A DNA stretch of 63,560 nucleotides, the filler included, from Trichosphaerium sp. ATCC 40318 (taxonomy: Eukaryota > Protista > Tubulinea), in NCBI GenBank assembly GCA_038496445.1. It is 3 parts of 3 records of this genome, joined end to end, with 100 filler letters (N's around TTAATTAATTAA, not from the genome) between each part and the next. Parts side by side here need not be neighbours in the genome. Positions count along the whole stretch, not along the records: positions 1 to 26,558 come from JALMLS010000587.1; positions 26,659 to 52,234 come from JALMLS010000096.1; 1 more part is not named here. One strand, given 5' to 3'. Positions 13,301 to 28,168 of the stretch are shown piece after piece. Position numbers and translations under genes: made by a program. The stretch's first letter is position 1. Each line of letters starts with the position of its first letter. Below the pieces are notes generated by a model, which made no database searches, was not told where the DNA came from, and saw only the letters and a list, made by a program, of their open reading frames with translations.

Positions 13301-16300
13301 CAAGAGTAGAAGATGAAATAACTGAGAAACTAGAAATGGTTGGACTCACTGATGTAAGTCACTTTGCACATCATTTATTGTGCTTTACATTAATTTGTGT
13401 ATAAAAGGTTGGTAAAAACTATGTTGGTTCGTTTTCAGGCGGTATGAAAAGAAGACTCTCTGTAGCCATTTCAGCCATTGGTGACCCAAAGGTTATATTT
13501 ATGGACGTACGTGATTCTTTGTGCACTTTCGTGACACGTGATGTGCATTTTGATTAATGATTTTTGTGTTTAGGAACCTACTACTGGTATGGACCCTGTG
13601 AACAAACGTGCAGTTTGGCACATGATTCAAGACATGAAGAAAAATAGGGTTATAGTTTTAACGACCCATTCTATGGAAGAAGCTGACGTACTAGGTGATC
13701 GCATTGGTATTATGGCATACGGTACGTGCTGTTAAAACCAACTTGAAGGTTGATTTTGATGAATGATTTGCTCCTTAGGTAAAATGAGATGTGTTGGTAA
13801 TGCTTTGCATTTGAAGAGCCGTTATGGTTCTGGATACCGCGCTTCTGTTGTAGTGAAACCTTCTGATGCTAGTGATATCTCAGATAAAGCAAAAAAGATA
13901 CTTCCTACTGTTGAGATGGCACGTAACGATGCTGGAACACTTACGTTTGTTATTCCGAAACGAAGTCTTGAAGATTTACCTGATTTACTTGAATTCTTCG
14001 AAAAAGAGCCTTTAATACAGGAGTGGGGCGTTAGCCATACTACTCTTGAAGATGTACGTGTATAATATAACAATTAGAGTCTATCTCATTTACCTCTAAC
14101 ACTGTTAGGTGTTCATGACTGTGACGAATCAACATAACTTTGTTTATGATGAATTAGAAGAGTTAGATGACCTTGAAGAGTTACCAGAAGTTGTAAAGGA
14201 TGATACTATAGCTACAGGCGATGGTGTTGATGATGTTATTATTACACATAAGCAACAAAAGAAGTCACCTAAGTCGTACCAAATGCGTGCTCTTTTCAGA
14301 AAGAATTTCTCGCTCCAAAAGAGACAAGTATGCACGAACATATGTCAGATTGGCGCTCCAGTTATTGTAATGGCAATTCTCATTGTGTTACAGGTAATTG
14401 ATTCATGACTAACCACAAATACTAAGAATTTGTTCAAGATTATCGCAAAGAACGAACTGGGCTCTGATGCACAGTTTAAAATCCCTGTACCTACTTTCCC
14501 TGTTCCTTTTGGTGCTCTTTCTCCTATTGGTGTCCCACTGGACTCTATGGTTGCAGACGACGACGGAAATGTTACTTGTTATACTTGGTTCATGTTTTCT
14601 GATTCAGGTACGCTATCGATCGAATTGATTGTTTTGTGAAGTAATTTGGATGCTAATATGTACATAGGAGGAGGTATAGATCCCGGGTCTTTACCTGCTA
14701 ATGGTTCTGGCGGAAATGGATTACTTGGACATATTCCTCAGTACCCTTACTGTATTACCTTTGATATTGATGGTAAAGCAAGTAATGCTACTGCTGTACC
14801 TTTCTTTGAAGATAGGGAGAGTAGATATGCTATGGAGTACGTCTTATGTTCTTGTTTCTTAAAATTTAAACTGTCTTCTTACTTTTTTTTAAATAGGACT
14901 GAGATATACAACGTATTTCTTGAGTTTAACGAAGCTCCAATATTAAATGTTGAAACAGCTCCTCTTAGTCATAAGATGCCCGATGGATTTGTGGACTTTG
15001 CTGAGCTAAATACCAGTACGTAGATTGTTCTGGCATCCGGATAGTGTGAGTTTTATTGTTTAAGTCTTATTTTTTTTTCAGGTTCTGAAGCACCTAGATT
15101 GAGTATGATAACGGCTGTCAATGATCACGATAGACTTTCTTATCACAGGGCAAATGGGTTTACAAGATTACTGGTATCGTATGGCAATGAAAGCCTAAAT
15201 GTCCTTACTCTTAAACATGGTAATATGGCACTTATTGATATGATAACTCAAGTACGATTGCAATATTGTTTCGTATTACTCACTAATCATTTTGTGAAGG
15301 CTTTCTGGAATACTGTGAACGGGAATGATGGTGAACTTACATTCGCTGAAGCACGTTTTTCTCAGGAGATGCCTTATATTAAGGACTCTGACCTACTTGC
15401 AATGATAGAGTATGTTTTGTTTTTCAAAGGGTTTTAGTTAAAAAGTTCTCTGTTGATTTGCATTTAGGTCATTTGGATCTCTACTCTATCCTATTGCGTT
15501 GACACTACAATTACCTCTATACGTTTATATTATCGTTCTCGAAAAGGAGGAAAAACAACGGTACGTTGTAGAGGACATTACGTTTTTTGTTGTTTATGCT
15601 TTCTTATTGCTTATATTTTTTTGTTAAGTGAGATGATGAAGATTCAAGGCCTCAAACTCTCAATGTATTATATTGGCATGTACATATTCAACTTGACATT
15701 CTATGTTGCTATTGTAGTATTTTTTTATATCGCTGGATTTGCAACAGGCATTCGGTTTTTCACTCAAACTCATCCAGGTTAGTTCTTGCTTTTGTTGTTT
15801 TTTCTTTCTTTTATTTTCCTTAACTTACTTTCTAGTAACGTTGATTGTGTTTTTTATTGGTTGGGGATGCTCTTTAGTATCTCTTTCGTTCTTTTTGACA
15901 TCTTTCTTAAACACACGGCGCTTGGCTACAGTAGTTGGGTAAGACAACTAATTATAAATTATTTGTCTAATGTTCCGTCCTTAGATATGTCATTGCCTTG
16001 ATGGGCACCTTATTGACTGTTGTTGTTGCTGCTGGCGTATACGGAGGTCTTGGACTAAGCGATACAGCTATGCCATGGTTCTTGTACATATGGCCTCAAG
16101 TACGCGAAGGACTTTCCAGAAAAGTTGCGTAATTATTTGTTGCTCACTTCTTTGCAGTTCGCACTGGCTAGAGGTATCTTCCTCATGAATGATGGGTGTT
16201 CTACTTTGTTCACGTGCTATGGACCATTATGGAGCATGGGATGGCCTAACGAGTTATGGACTTGTATAATTGCTCTTTACATTAGCGCTATTGTCTACTA

Positions 16301-17956
16301 TGTTCTGTTCTTGTATCTAGGTGGGTTTATCTTTGCATTGACTGCTTTCATCTCACTTTTTTTTTAGATCAAGTGTTGCCAAAAAAATTCGGTGTACCAC
16401 GCCATCCGTTGTTCTGCTTCCCTACTTCAGTTCAGTGTGGCAAAAAAGTATTTAAGCAAGGAGAGGAAGCTCCACTTTTGCGTACAGATGGTGCTGGTAA
16501 TAGAGATACGGATGTTGTAATGGAAGCTAAGAAGGTCTCTTCTGGTGATTATGATTCTGCTTATCCTCTAGTTATTCAAAACTTGACCAAGATATATGCT
16601 GCTAAGCCTCCTAAGCGTGCATTGAATAATATGTCGCTTGCTGTTCCAGAAGGAGAATGTTTTGGTTTACTAGGAGAAAATGGTGCCGGTAAAACTACAA
16701 TGCTAAGGTTCGTGTTTTTGTCTAACAAAAAGTAAAAACAAGCCACTTCAGTGAAGCAGTTATTAACTTTTATCATTCAGCATTTTAACTGGCCTCTATC
16801 AACCTACGTCAGGTACGACATATTTTTTATTCGAACACTCAATTTAAGGGACTTGTACGAATGGTTTTTTATTAATATTGTCTTCTAGGTCTTGCTTGGG
16901 TTGGTGGATTTGATATTCGTAATAATATTGATAAAGTTCAACGTGTTATGGGTATGTGCCCACAATTCGATATTTTGTGGGATGATCTCACAGTAACTGA
17001 ACATATTCTATTCTACAGTCGCCTCAGAGGTACGTTGTCTACAGTTTTTATTCATTTTTGTCTTGTCATTTTAAAAGCTCATGTGACTGTTTTAGGTTAC
17101 CCACCAAAGAAGGAAAAGAGCCATACAGAGCAGCTTTTACGTGATGTTGGTTTGTTTAGATTCAAGAACCGATTATCAAAGAAACTTAGCGGTGGTATGA
17201 AACGTCGTTTATCTATTGCTATCGCACTTGCTGGATCATCAAGGATTGTATTCTTGGATGAGCCTACAACTGGTCTAGATCCAACATCTAGGCGTCAAAT
17301 ATGGAAAATTATACAACGTGCAAAACGAGGCCGTGCCATAATGTTGACAACACATAGTATGGAAGAAGTACGTGTTCGATTGGATGATTCTTTCACTTTT
17401 TTTTTGTTTTTTTGTTGTTGATGTTTATCTTTTTTTCATAGGCGGAGACTCTGTGTACTAGGATTGGTGTACTTGCTTATGGTAATTTGAGATGTTTGGG
17501 TAACCAAACGCATCTCAAAAATAAGTTTGCTACTGGATACATCATCAAAATCAACTTTGACATTAAGGTCCGTACCGTACCGTACTTGCTTTCTGGTTTT
17601 TGAAGTCTAATGGTTTTATTAGCAAAAGAAGAAAGCCAGCGATTTCGTAAGGAAGGTATTACCTAATGCTGTATTGGTTGGAGACTTCTCTTGTACAGAG
17701 ACACATCATATTTACGAGGTATTTATTTGTAACTGTATTGGAAGAAAAAACTAAACTGTTTTAAATCTAGAAAATTAAAGTGTCGGCTATTTTCGCCAAG
17801 ATGGAAGCTGAGAGCAGTGATAATGGTATCGTTGATTGGTCCCTTAGTCAGCTCGGCTTGGATGACGTTTTCCAAAAAGTTGTTGCTGACTCGCGTAAAG
17901 AACGTGATAAGCAAGAAGAACATACGGATGATGTTCAAGTTGTTTTGACTGTATAA
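10373..17956 (+). CDS. ABCA: Full-length ABC transporter, subfamily A, many short introns
   Basis: Starts [10 protein letters not shown]...RNWK. Two TMDs and two NBDs: Walker [10 protein letters not shown] and [46 protein letters not shown]. Stop TAA at 17954-17956. Confidence 0.95.
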
Positions 17957-18204
17957 TGGCGCCTCTTGTGATGATGATTTCGTAATTAATCATTTTTTCA
18001 AAATAAAAAGCAATTTTTAAATCAACATAAGTCAGTTATACGTGCTTAAAAGAGGATAGCGATGATCCAATAGCGTAAAGCACATGTGCTGTATACGTGG
18101 AGACAGTGTATATTCAATACCACGCCATCACCAATGTGTAGATTAAGTCATAGTTGAACAGAGAAAAATCTCTATCTGTCGTGCCAAATGCTAAGTGTAA
18201 CTTG

Positions 18205-19789
18205 ATGGCGTATGAAAGAATTCTTACGGACGAAAAATATGACGTTGCTATTTTACAAGGTTACAGGTACGATATACGAGTACTTATTATTTCTTTTAAC
18301 CTAGTTCTACAGTTCTATTAGCAATGAACTTTTAGCAACGCTAAACAAGTATTCACGTACCCTTAGATGCGTATTAGTGGGTTTAGAGCATCAATTGCCT
18401 GTAATAACGTTTTTTTAAATCATCTACTCAAAACGCTTTAGAACTGTCCTGTACCGTATATAAGATTACCACAGCGCAATCGGGATGATAAATTATTACA
18501 ATTACTCAATTGTACAACAGTAAGTGTTATTAAGACGTTAAACATGAGTAAATAACGTAATAGGTACTTATAAATTACTCGACAAGGCACGTGACACGTC
18601 AGCATCTTTACTTTGCGGAAAAACTTTTTGTTTGTTTTTTTGACAACATTACAAAATTTCTTAGTTTAATGTAGCCTACCAGCAATAAAAATTGCCAGAA
18701 TGTGTATTTCTACGCGTACGCACTATATTGACGCGTTCAAGAGAGCATCAAAGTACAGTTAAATCCAAGATTTAGGTTATATTTTATTTACAAACATTTT
18801 TTAGTGTTAGCGATTTACTGGTTTTAAACGCTGAAGCGGAACATGCTAACGTTGTATTGATGCCTTCTTGTTTTTGCGAAGCTGTTCTAATAGATATGGC
18901 TGTATCTCAAGCAAATGTATGGTTCGCAAAGCGACAACTATCCGCTAATGTTCTTATCTTCTAAAGGAACAACTGGATCCTGGTATGCTTACCTCTGTTC
19001 AATGCTACTCTGATTGTAACATGACAAATTTTGCTGTAACCAGCGAAGATGTAGCAATATTTAAAGTACGTAGTAGGCTGCCCAGACATTTTACTGACTG
19101 TTTGGAAACAAAAAAGAGTGCATTGAATGTTAGGCAAGTGCTCTCCAAAGACAGCAGTATAGGTACGATATCCACTAATAGCAGGTCTCTGAATCATTAA
19201 TAGATACTTGGGCTGTACCTGCATTGGAAGATGGAACTGCTTCTGTAGTTAATAGGCATGAAAAATCCTCAACAATTTTTTATTTTTGAAAAAATAATTT
19301 TAATTTTTAGATCAACAGCGCTTGCACGTGAGAAATCACCATCCATAAAAGTATCTCAAAAATTGGTTAGTTGTTTAATGATAATTCGTATTATAACAAC
19401 AAGCTTATTTTTTTAATTTCAGGCGTTTGATACTGCCTCTATTGTTGGATTTTTAATTATTGCACTTTTTCTATGTATTTGTACGTCCAAGTTCAAAGTT
19501 TTTCTGCATGTCTTATCTTGATTTCCTTGAGTGATATTTTGTAGACGCTTTCTTGTTTAAAAACCCAATATCAAGACAAATATACAACAGGTTCTTTAGT
19601 GGAAGGTACATTAATTTTTACAAAAAATAAATAGTTCCTCAGGCTTGTTTAATAATATCTAGCTTTCAAACTATTCCAAGTGGCTATGATAATCCATACG
19701 AGTCACATATGTATTTACCAAGCCCTCCACAAGTTTTCATTACCCTAGTTGGGACAGGCAAGTCTTGGGTCAACAGTTTTTTGAAATAG
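18205..19789 (+). CDS. Multi-exon hypothetical protein with a C-terminal TM helix
   Basis: Exon-like blocks MAYERILTDEKYDVAILQG... and AFDTASIVGFLIIALFLCI..., separated by GT-AG introns. Model approximate. Confidence 0.4.
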
Positions 19790-20826
19790 CAGCACATTTG
19801 TGTCAAGAAAAAGTTTACTCATCTTGCGTAGGTTTGCCTTCACCACATGTATATTGCTCTTCTACAAGGCGTCAACGAACGCGAGTAAGATAAAACATAC
19901 CTTTCACATTGACTAAAATAAGGAAATAAGGTTAAAATGTCCGTAACGTCTTTAACTGCTAATGCGGAGACAATAACAAGCGAAACAATTCTCTTTGTTT
20001 CTTCAAAGCTTTGCAATGAAGTACGCCTTTCTCTTTCACTTCCAATCAATCAATTGTTCTAAATACGAATTCTAAACACGAATTCTAAACACTCTTAGGG
20101 CGTAAAACGTAATGGAGGGGTCCTAACACCAGGGTACGTTAGTATTTGACGCTTTGCTTTTTTTTTTTTTTCGGGTTTTCGAAACTTGTTTGCCAACAGT
20201 TTTTTGTTCTTACAGGTATTTGTATAAACGGGATTTACTTCTACACTTGCAAAGGGAGTTGCGTCTAATATTTAGAATTGGGTTTGGCGAGTCTACCGAG
20301 GAAGAGGTGTAAGAACACGAAAGAAAAAACCAAAAAAAAAAAAATGTAAACAAAGGGCACGTTTTTTTTGTATTTTTGTTGTTTACACTAGCTAGAAGGC
20401 GTTTGCCATAAAAACCTTTTGAGGGTATTTCTTACCGTTCTCATCTTCCGAGGAGTAAATCCACAAAATCGCAAAAACACTACGAGTAGTTGCGAAATTG
20501 GTTTTCTGACATACCTGGATTTACCGCCTTTACACGTGTAGCGTAATCATTTTAAAAGCTAACCGAAGTTTTTTTGTAATTTTGAGGTTCAACGTTGTGT
20601 ACGTTATTATAACGGTAGGTAATGGGAATGGCATGTTTTGTTTTATCAGGTCGTCAAGCTTCGGGTTCAGCTGAACTAAAGTCAAAAATATTTAAACTCC
20701 GGAAAATCAATTTAATCAGTACACCGGCACAATTAAGAGTCCTGCTTCTCTTGTAGAGTTTTTTTTAAGTTGATTGATTTTGTCCCATTTTTAGTTTGAT
20801 ACACACACTAAGCCCCATTTACTACC

Positions 20827-23800
20827 ATGCTCACCACACGGCGTTCCCTACTTGTGGTTAGCATCACTTTATTCACTATATCGTACGCATCTGTACTATA
20901 CGTTGATACAACAGGTAACGAATTACCTTCACCACCACTTTGGAAGAGTTAACTGTTTCAAGGTTCCGACAATGGGGATTGTACAAGCGAAAATACACCT
21001 TGCCTTTCTCTACGGTATGCTTTATTCACAGCAGCAAAACCAAACGACGTTATAAGCATGTCTCCTGGCACATACGCAGGTACTATCCACGTGTGGAGAA
21101 GCCAAACCGTATTAACTTTTTTGTAAGGCATCGGAAACGCAAGGCTTGACTGGCCTGCGCCTGATACCCTTTATGGGATTGAGATTAGAGGTAATGCGTC
21201 AACATTTAACTTCTGTATTAATTTGGGTTTACAGGTTCTGAAATGGGAGAAACCGTTATTGATGGAGAGTTCGAGCATTACTTGTTTTTTATTGAGTCTT
21301 GCGGTCGGCTATTTGATGAGCAACATTTGGAAATAATTAGTTTCTCTCATATTACTTTTACAAGGGCTGAGTGCGTCTATGACTTTCCTAACATAACGGT
21401 ACGCGTTGTATCCAAACAAATAAGTAAAATATACTCCCAGCTAAATCACACAGGACAATTCTACACCACCTCCAGTTGTCGAAGACAATACAACGGTATT
21501 AAATAATACTATGGATGGTAACACCACTATGCCTAACATAACACTCGAAGAGGTATTTATTTTATTTGTACGAGATTGATTTATAACTGTCGTATTGAAT
21601 AGGTTCCAAACCAAGGTGGTTCAGTTCTATTCGCGAGAGAAGGTTGTGCCTTTTCGTTCAGGCACGTGTTTTTTTTTTTTGATTTTTGTTTTGGTTTTTG
21701 TGGAAAATAAGATTTTTTTTTCGGGTAATATTGACTTTTTCAATAGTGATTGTAAATTCGTTGAGAATGCATGTGGCGAGAACGTTACCGATGATTTTTC
21801 GGGCTCCGGTATTTTATATATCCAGGATTCATCTTTAAGCTTAACGAGGTACGTCACGAGTATTGCAGGACGTAAAAGAATGCGCATAAATGATGTTTAA
21901 TATCGTCTTCTTCAGGGTAACATTTTCAGAAAATACGATTGAAACTGAAGGAGGTCTTGGAGTTGTCCGAATGCACAATGCAAATATTAAAATGGATAAT
22001 TGTTTGTTCGATGACAATCAAGTAGTCGGTGAAGGTAAATATCCATAAAAACCTACGTGCAGTTTTGTTAATAACAAAACGTCAAAAGGAGTTGTTTATG
22101 GCTTCGGATACATCGACATGGATGTTCAAGATTGTACATTCACAAATAACTATGCTATCAAAGGATCTGCAATAAGTACACATACTAACACAAAGCATAA
22201 TAATGTATTGTTTGATTAATCACTCTACAAGATATCGTCAATGATGACACTCCTTCCAAATTCAATATGCGGAACTGTTCTTTTGTATCAAATGAAGGGG
22301 AAGCAGGAGGTACCTTTCATATCTGTAAAATCGCATGCGATTAACTGTAATGTAGTTGTATTCCTTGAAAACATTGCAGATTCTGTCGTTGAGCACTGTA
22401 CCTTCAGGTATGACCTAACTCGAGTTAAAATCTTGATAGTTTTTTATTCTCACGAGTCATCGGGACATTAATAAGTATTTAATAGATATAACGTTATGGA
22501 TGACGGTGGATTGTATATTGTGAATAGTGACAATATTGTGATACAGGAATGTTTATTTGAACACAATAACTGTACAGACGGTTGTGGTATTTACATGGGT
22601 GACAACAACACTAATTACATCATCACAAAGTCTCAGTTCCTCAATAATTATGCTGACAGAGACGCTGCTGGAATATTCATCAACGATTATAACAAGAATG
22701 TATTGTTCAGAGACGTGCTTATTGAAGGAAACTACGCTAGAGATGACGGTGGTATGTTAGGGCTTTTGTTTTGAATTATTGTACCCAAAGTTGTACCTTT
22801 GCTAATGTAATATTTTAGCTGGTATATTTATAAGCGACTACAACGAAAATATCACATTAGAGCATTCTTCGTTTATAAAAAACGAAGCAAGAGATAATGG
22901 AGGTGGTTTCTATATACTCGAAGTACGTTGCAGTGTTTTTTTAGCCAACAAAGTGATTCAAAGTGTCACATATATTTTATCATCACACGTGCAAAACACG
23001 TGATTATTTTTTGTAACACGTGTTTTTTTACCAACATGTTTGCTTAGCGTAACCGCAATGTTACCTTGCGTCATGTACTGTTCAAGGAAAATGTTGCTAG
23101 AGATAACGGAGGAGGAGCGTGGATCTACATACGAAATAATCATACTCTTCTTGAGCATCTAGATTTCATTGGCAACAAGGCAGAAAATGGAGGAGGACTA
23201 TATTTCATAAATAATATTGATTTCCGCGTTCGCTTTTGTCACTTTGAGAAAAATGAAGCAACATCAAGAGGCGCTGCAATTAATGCCGCTACAACCCGCG
23301 TTACTGCACTCGATGAAGAAATATCGGATTGTACATTCTTAGAAAACTCAGCTGGCTCTGGCAACGGAAATGATGGAAATGGAGGTGGTATACGTGCTGA
23401 CAAGCCTGTTACAGTTTCTCGATGTAATTTTACAAGAAACACTGCAACTCAAAACGGCGGTGCAATGTCATACGGTGGTTCACTTGGAGTTATTCAAGAC
23501 TGTTATATTGAAGACAACAGGGCTGAAATTGGTGGTGGTATGCGTATTATTGGTACCAACATCACTGTGAAAGGATGCCACTTTAATTTGAACAGCCAAC
23601 ATGGTAAGTGCTTTTTTTTTGTTTGTTGCTTTACATCAAACTCATTTCCTTCATAGCATTGTCCGGTAACTCACCAGTCTTTATGTTTAATAATACCTTC
23701 AAATCATCAGCTCCATTTGACATTGAAGGTTTCTTACCTACCGGAACTTATGGTAACATTTAGAAGCAGATTGAGGTAAACGATTGACGTCTTATCTTAG

Positions 23801-26282
23801 GGAATGTATTTGAGAATATTGGTGTACCACCTATTGGTGTTTGGAACAACTATGAACCGTTATCGCTTCTCGGACTTATTATGGTCAGTGGATCTGTAGT
23901 TATTCACCCAAACAGTTCATTCACAATCACAAAATCTTTCTCGTTTTCAGTTGAGGGAACCATCATTGTACGTAGTGATTTTTTCTTTGTTGGTGGTTTT
24001 GACCTTGTATCAAAAGGGATACACCTCATTCGATGGAAATGAGCAATTGGACGACACAGCAGAGATGGTCTTTACAAGCGGAAGTGAATCCACATTAAAG
24101 CTAGGAGACTTAGTTTTCGAAAACATCACAATAGAAAACAATGGCAAGTCGCAGTCAGTGTTTAACGAAGAATTTTAATGAAAAAATAGGACACCTTTCT
24201 ATCGAAAAAGCAACTCAGTTGGCTTTTAAACCTGTGAACACATATATCCGAAATGACAATGGTGGTGTAATGAGCATCGAAAATACGATAGAAATATCGA
24301 GTGATTCATCAGCGATTGGATTTGAGAATGCTACACTTGAAGTAGGAGTAAGTAATCAAAAATTCTGTTTTCTTGTATTTTTTACAGTTTTATAAATTAA
24401 TGTTCTGTTATTTTAGGGTGAAATAACGATAAACTTGCCTACTTTCTTTTATCCTGAAAGTACAATACAAATGGTTCTCGGTACTTCGTTTATAAATTGG
24501 GAAGTAGAACCAGAACTGAGTACGTACTCAGTAGTTTGTATTTCTGCACATCCCAACTGCATTTTACTTTCTCTCAAATCACGTGATTTTAACGAACCTC
24601 TCTTCAGATGGCACTCTTCGTATTGAAATACCAAAAACCCTTGCTCATAAAATCGGTGATTCATTTTCTTTGATGAAATTCGCAAACGAAACAGAAATAG
24701 ACGTTACAACCAAGTTTGTTGATGTCTTTATAAACTCCGGCGAAACAAAAAAATATGGCGACCTGAAAATGGTAGATGGTACTCTAGTATTGATTGTGTC
24801 AGAGAAACAAAGGGATATAAGGGAATGGAGTAGATGGGATGATACAGCAGTTATTATAGTACTTGTTCTTTTGGCCATAGGCACAATCTGTGTATTTGCA
24901 ATATCTATCTTTGTCATAGTTTATTGGTACGTTCTTTGCTGATTTGTACCTTGTTCTCTTTGTTCTCTAACGGCTTTTAAATTACAGGAAATCGAGCGTC
25001 GTTTTGCGTGCAGCAACCAGAGAGTTCCTTCTTTTGATTCTATTTGGCGTACTCGTGTCATACGCTGGTGCAGTCGCATGGTGAGTAAATCTTGTTTGGT
25101 TTTTTTTTAATACAAGACTCCTTTTTAAACAAAACACTCATTAAGAACTGTTAGGATTGCTCCTATTTCTGCATCACGATGTGAACTGCGCGTGTGGTTG
25201 CCATTGATGGGATTTATTATTGCTATCGCGTAAGTGCAGAAAATCCTAAAAGTCAACTGGATCCATGTGCCTAATTTCGCTTTTTTTTCTTTAGACCTTT
25301 GGTTTCCAAAACGTACCGTATAAAGAGAATATTTAGTATGGCGAATGTATCAAGAGCTTTCATATCGTTCGCTGATCTTGTTCAAATAACATTGGCAGCA
25401 ATCCTTATACAACTCGTATCCAAAGAACAAACCTTTTTTTTTTGCTTTTCTTTTTGTACCTCCACAAATACGCCTTAACATCACAAGATCATACTCATTA
25501 TTTGGACTTCCACTTCTCGTAATAAACTCACTAATATCGTTGACCCTAACAACGATGACTTTTTACTTGCTCAGTGTAGTAGTAGATATGGCAGTGTATT
25601 CTTGATTCTGACAGTAGTATACGAAGTACGTAAACACTATCACTAAATACTTGATTTTTTCTTTCAAACAAATCGAACAACTTTAACTTAAACTGCTTTA
25701 GGGACTTGTTGTTCTTGTTGGCGCTTACTTTGCTTTCGCAGTAAGAAAAGTACCAAGTTTGTACAACGAATCACGATGGATGGCAGCAGTTATCTACAAC
25801 GACCTTATTTGGGGAACACTTCTACTTATATTTGGATACACTGTAAACTCTCCTTCATCATACAGTACAGTCAGTATTGTTGTATCACTTGGTATATGGT
25901 TTGTAGCTACAGGTAAGATAAACAACCTTTCGGATAATACTGTGTGACAGATCACTAATTATCATGTTAGTAACCCTTGGAATGATCTTTGTTCCAAAAT
26001 TATGGATGATCTTCACTCGATCTGAATCTGAGCTATCAATAACGTACGTACACCACAATGACTACAAATAGCTTACATTTTGTGCATAGCGGAAATAGAT
26101 CTTCTGCTGCTAAAAGGAGCAAGACAATCTCAGAATTATCGAATGTATCAACTGATGGTAAAACATCTAAAGTTATCGAAGAAAATGAGGAATTGAAAAA
26201 TGAACTTGAAAGGGTTAAGAAAGAGTTAAAACATCTAAAGAAAAAAAGAGATAACCTAATAACCGCAGACTCGTCTTCTTAG
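20827..26282 (+). CDS. Class C (GABA-B-like, 7tm_3) GPCR with right-handed beta-helix ectodomain
   Basis: Signal peptide MLTTRRSLLVVSITLFTISYA. Repeats FxxNxA...GGG(L/A)YI over ~21700-23600. 7TM motifs KTYRIKRIF, VRKVPSLYNESRWMA and MIFVPKLW. Coiled-coil tail EENEELKNELERVKKEL. Confidence 0.85.
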
Positions 26283-26558
26283 ATCTAGTATTTTAAAACA
26301 AAAAAGTTGTAACATAGATAGTTTAGTAATAAACACGTGTTTTATTTCAAACCCTTAGTATTGGTTTCATAACACTACGCATTAATTCTTGCAATTACAT
26401 ACTCCAATGTCATGCCTTATTTATCAGAGTGTATCATATGATGAAATCCTTTAACTACCTTAAAATAATCAAGTGATCTCTGACCGCCTCTGAGTAACAT
26501 CTTTAATTTAACCAAAATTTCTTTGTTCTAGACCTGGCGGTTGCTGTTGAAGCGTAAA

Positions 26559-26658
26559 NNNNNNNNNNNNNNNNNNNNNNNNNNNNNNNNNNNNNNNNNN
26601 NNTTAATTAATTAANNNNNNNNNNNNNNNNNNNNNNNNNNNNNNNNNNNNNNNNNNNN
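26559..26658. other. Artificial contig linker
   Basis: N44-TTAATTAATTAA-N44. Confidence 0.98.
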
Positions 26659-26660
26659 TA

Positions 26661-27248
26661 TTGTCTCAGTTAAACGCAGTTTGGCAGACACCTTCATCAA
26701 AAAACGTAAACGTAGCTACAAATCTTCATAGAATAATCTTTCACCTTTCTATTCAAAACGCCCAAGATATCGCAAAAAAAGCAACAGAAGAAGTTATAAC
26801 AATACATCCTGACTTTAAACGGGGCATGGGTCAAGGACAAGTTGGTACACAGTTTTGCGATTGCTATCTACGAGCAAGACCGATGAAATCTTCACGTGTG
26901 CAGTTGGTTGAGTTCGCTGAACACAAAGCACAGTTCCAGCAGCAAAAACCGTATATTCAAGTAAAGCCACAAAGAAGACAGTCTGTCCTTACAACAAGCG
27001 CAGAAATGCTCTACGAAGGCGCACAGATATTGGTAAGTCTTCATAACAACAGTGAAGCGATGACATTTCAGGCCGGAGCTAAGAGAAGACTAGAAGTCGC
27101 TGATGAATACAACAAAAAAAAAAAACTCAAGTTGGCTCCATTTAGAGAGTTGATGGAAAGCCTATCTTTAGATAAACCAATACATCAACGTCTATCATCA
27201 TCGGAGACATGTAAAATAAGATTACCTGCTTTGAGGATGAGGCAGTGA
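26661..27248 (+). CDS. 3' part of a hypothetical protein, cut by the contig start
   Basis: 195-codon open frame from the contig edge. No recognised domain. Confidence 0.4.
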   Translation: MSQLNAVWQTPSSKNVNVATNLHRIIFHLSIQNAQDIAKKATEEVITIHPDFKRGMGQGQVGTQFCDCYLRARPMKSSRVQLVEFAEHKAQFQQQKPYIQVKPQRRQSVLTTSAEMLYEGAQILVSLHNNSEAMTFQAGAKRRLEVADEYNKKKKLKLAPFRELMESLSLDKPIHQRLSSSETCKIRLPALRMRQ

Positions 27249-27599
27249 AAACATTTTTCGCTAAACAACAAATAATTTGTACAAATTCTGTAAAAAAAAA
27301 GAAAAACTTGTAAAAACAAATCACCAATTAAAACAAAATCCGGCTTTCGCCACCTATCCTTCAAGAGTCAGTTATCTATAGAAATTAAAACTTTTTGATT
27401 GACTGAGATCACCTCACAGATTTTTATCATAAACTCAGTGAGCTGTTTTCGCCTAACATTTAACACAGATGGAAACTCTTTCACCTAAAGCAGTCCTGTA
27501 AGATTTCACGTAACACATTGTAAGAAGTAATATCTTTCAATGAAGGTTTTGTCTTTGTTAAAGTTGAGGTATGAAAGGCCATAGTACAGTCAGCAATTG

Positions 27600-27760
27600 T
27601 TTGGCACTTTTTTATCCTCATCTGTCCGATTTTTTTGAGTTAGCCTAAATCTTTGATGGCTTTTATATGCATCAAGATGCCCTCATCTGTAATATTATTC
27701 AAGAGCATTTGTATGAGCTCCCGAATGCGCTTTAATATGTTCTTGTACTGAAGTAAACTT
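27600..27760 (-). pseudogene. Decayed relic of the 'GVHTI...TDEG' LRR family
   Basis: The minus strand gives GAHT...NITDEGI and TDED fragments interrupted by stops and frameshifts. Confidence 0.3.
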
Positions 27761-28168
27761 GGTAGTACGTTAACGACAGTTCCAATTTTTGTACTAGACA
27801 ATCAACAACTGTCCTAATTTTAACTATGTTTGTCAAAGAGCACTATCGCGTTTTTTAATAGTTCTTGTGTCTACTGTGAAAAGATAAAACCATCGTACCG
27901 GCAATGTCATGAATGATAGAAACAGCGGTTGACACAACGTTCGAGCTGTTGTTTGTAGGAACTAGTTTCTGTAGCGTATGTACCCATGATATGCAACACT
28001 AGTTATTGTTTTAACAAGTTAAAATGTGCTGTTTATTGCTTGTCGGTTGCGGTGGACTGTTTTTGAACAATAGCTTTTGCCATGTAAAAGCTGGTCCAAA
28101 CTTGAAAAAAATAACTATTTGCTGTTATCGTTGACTTAACCCGGTTTGTAAAAGTACTTCATTACGTA

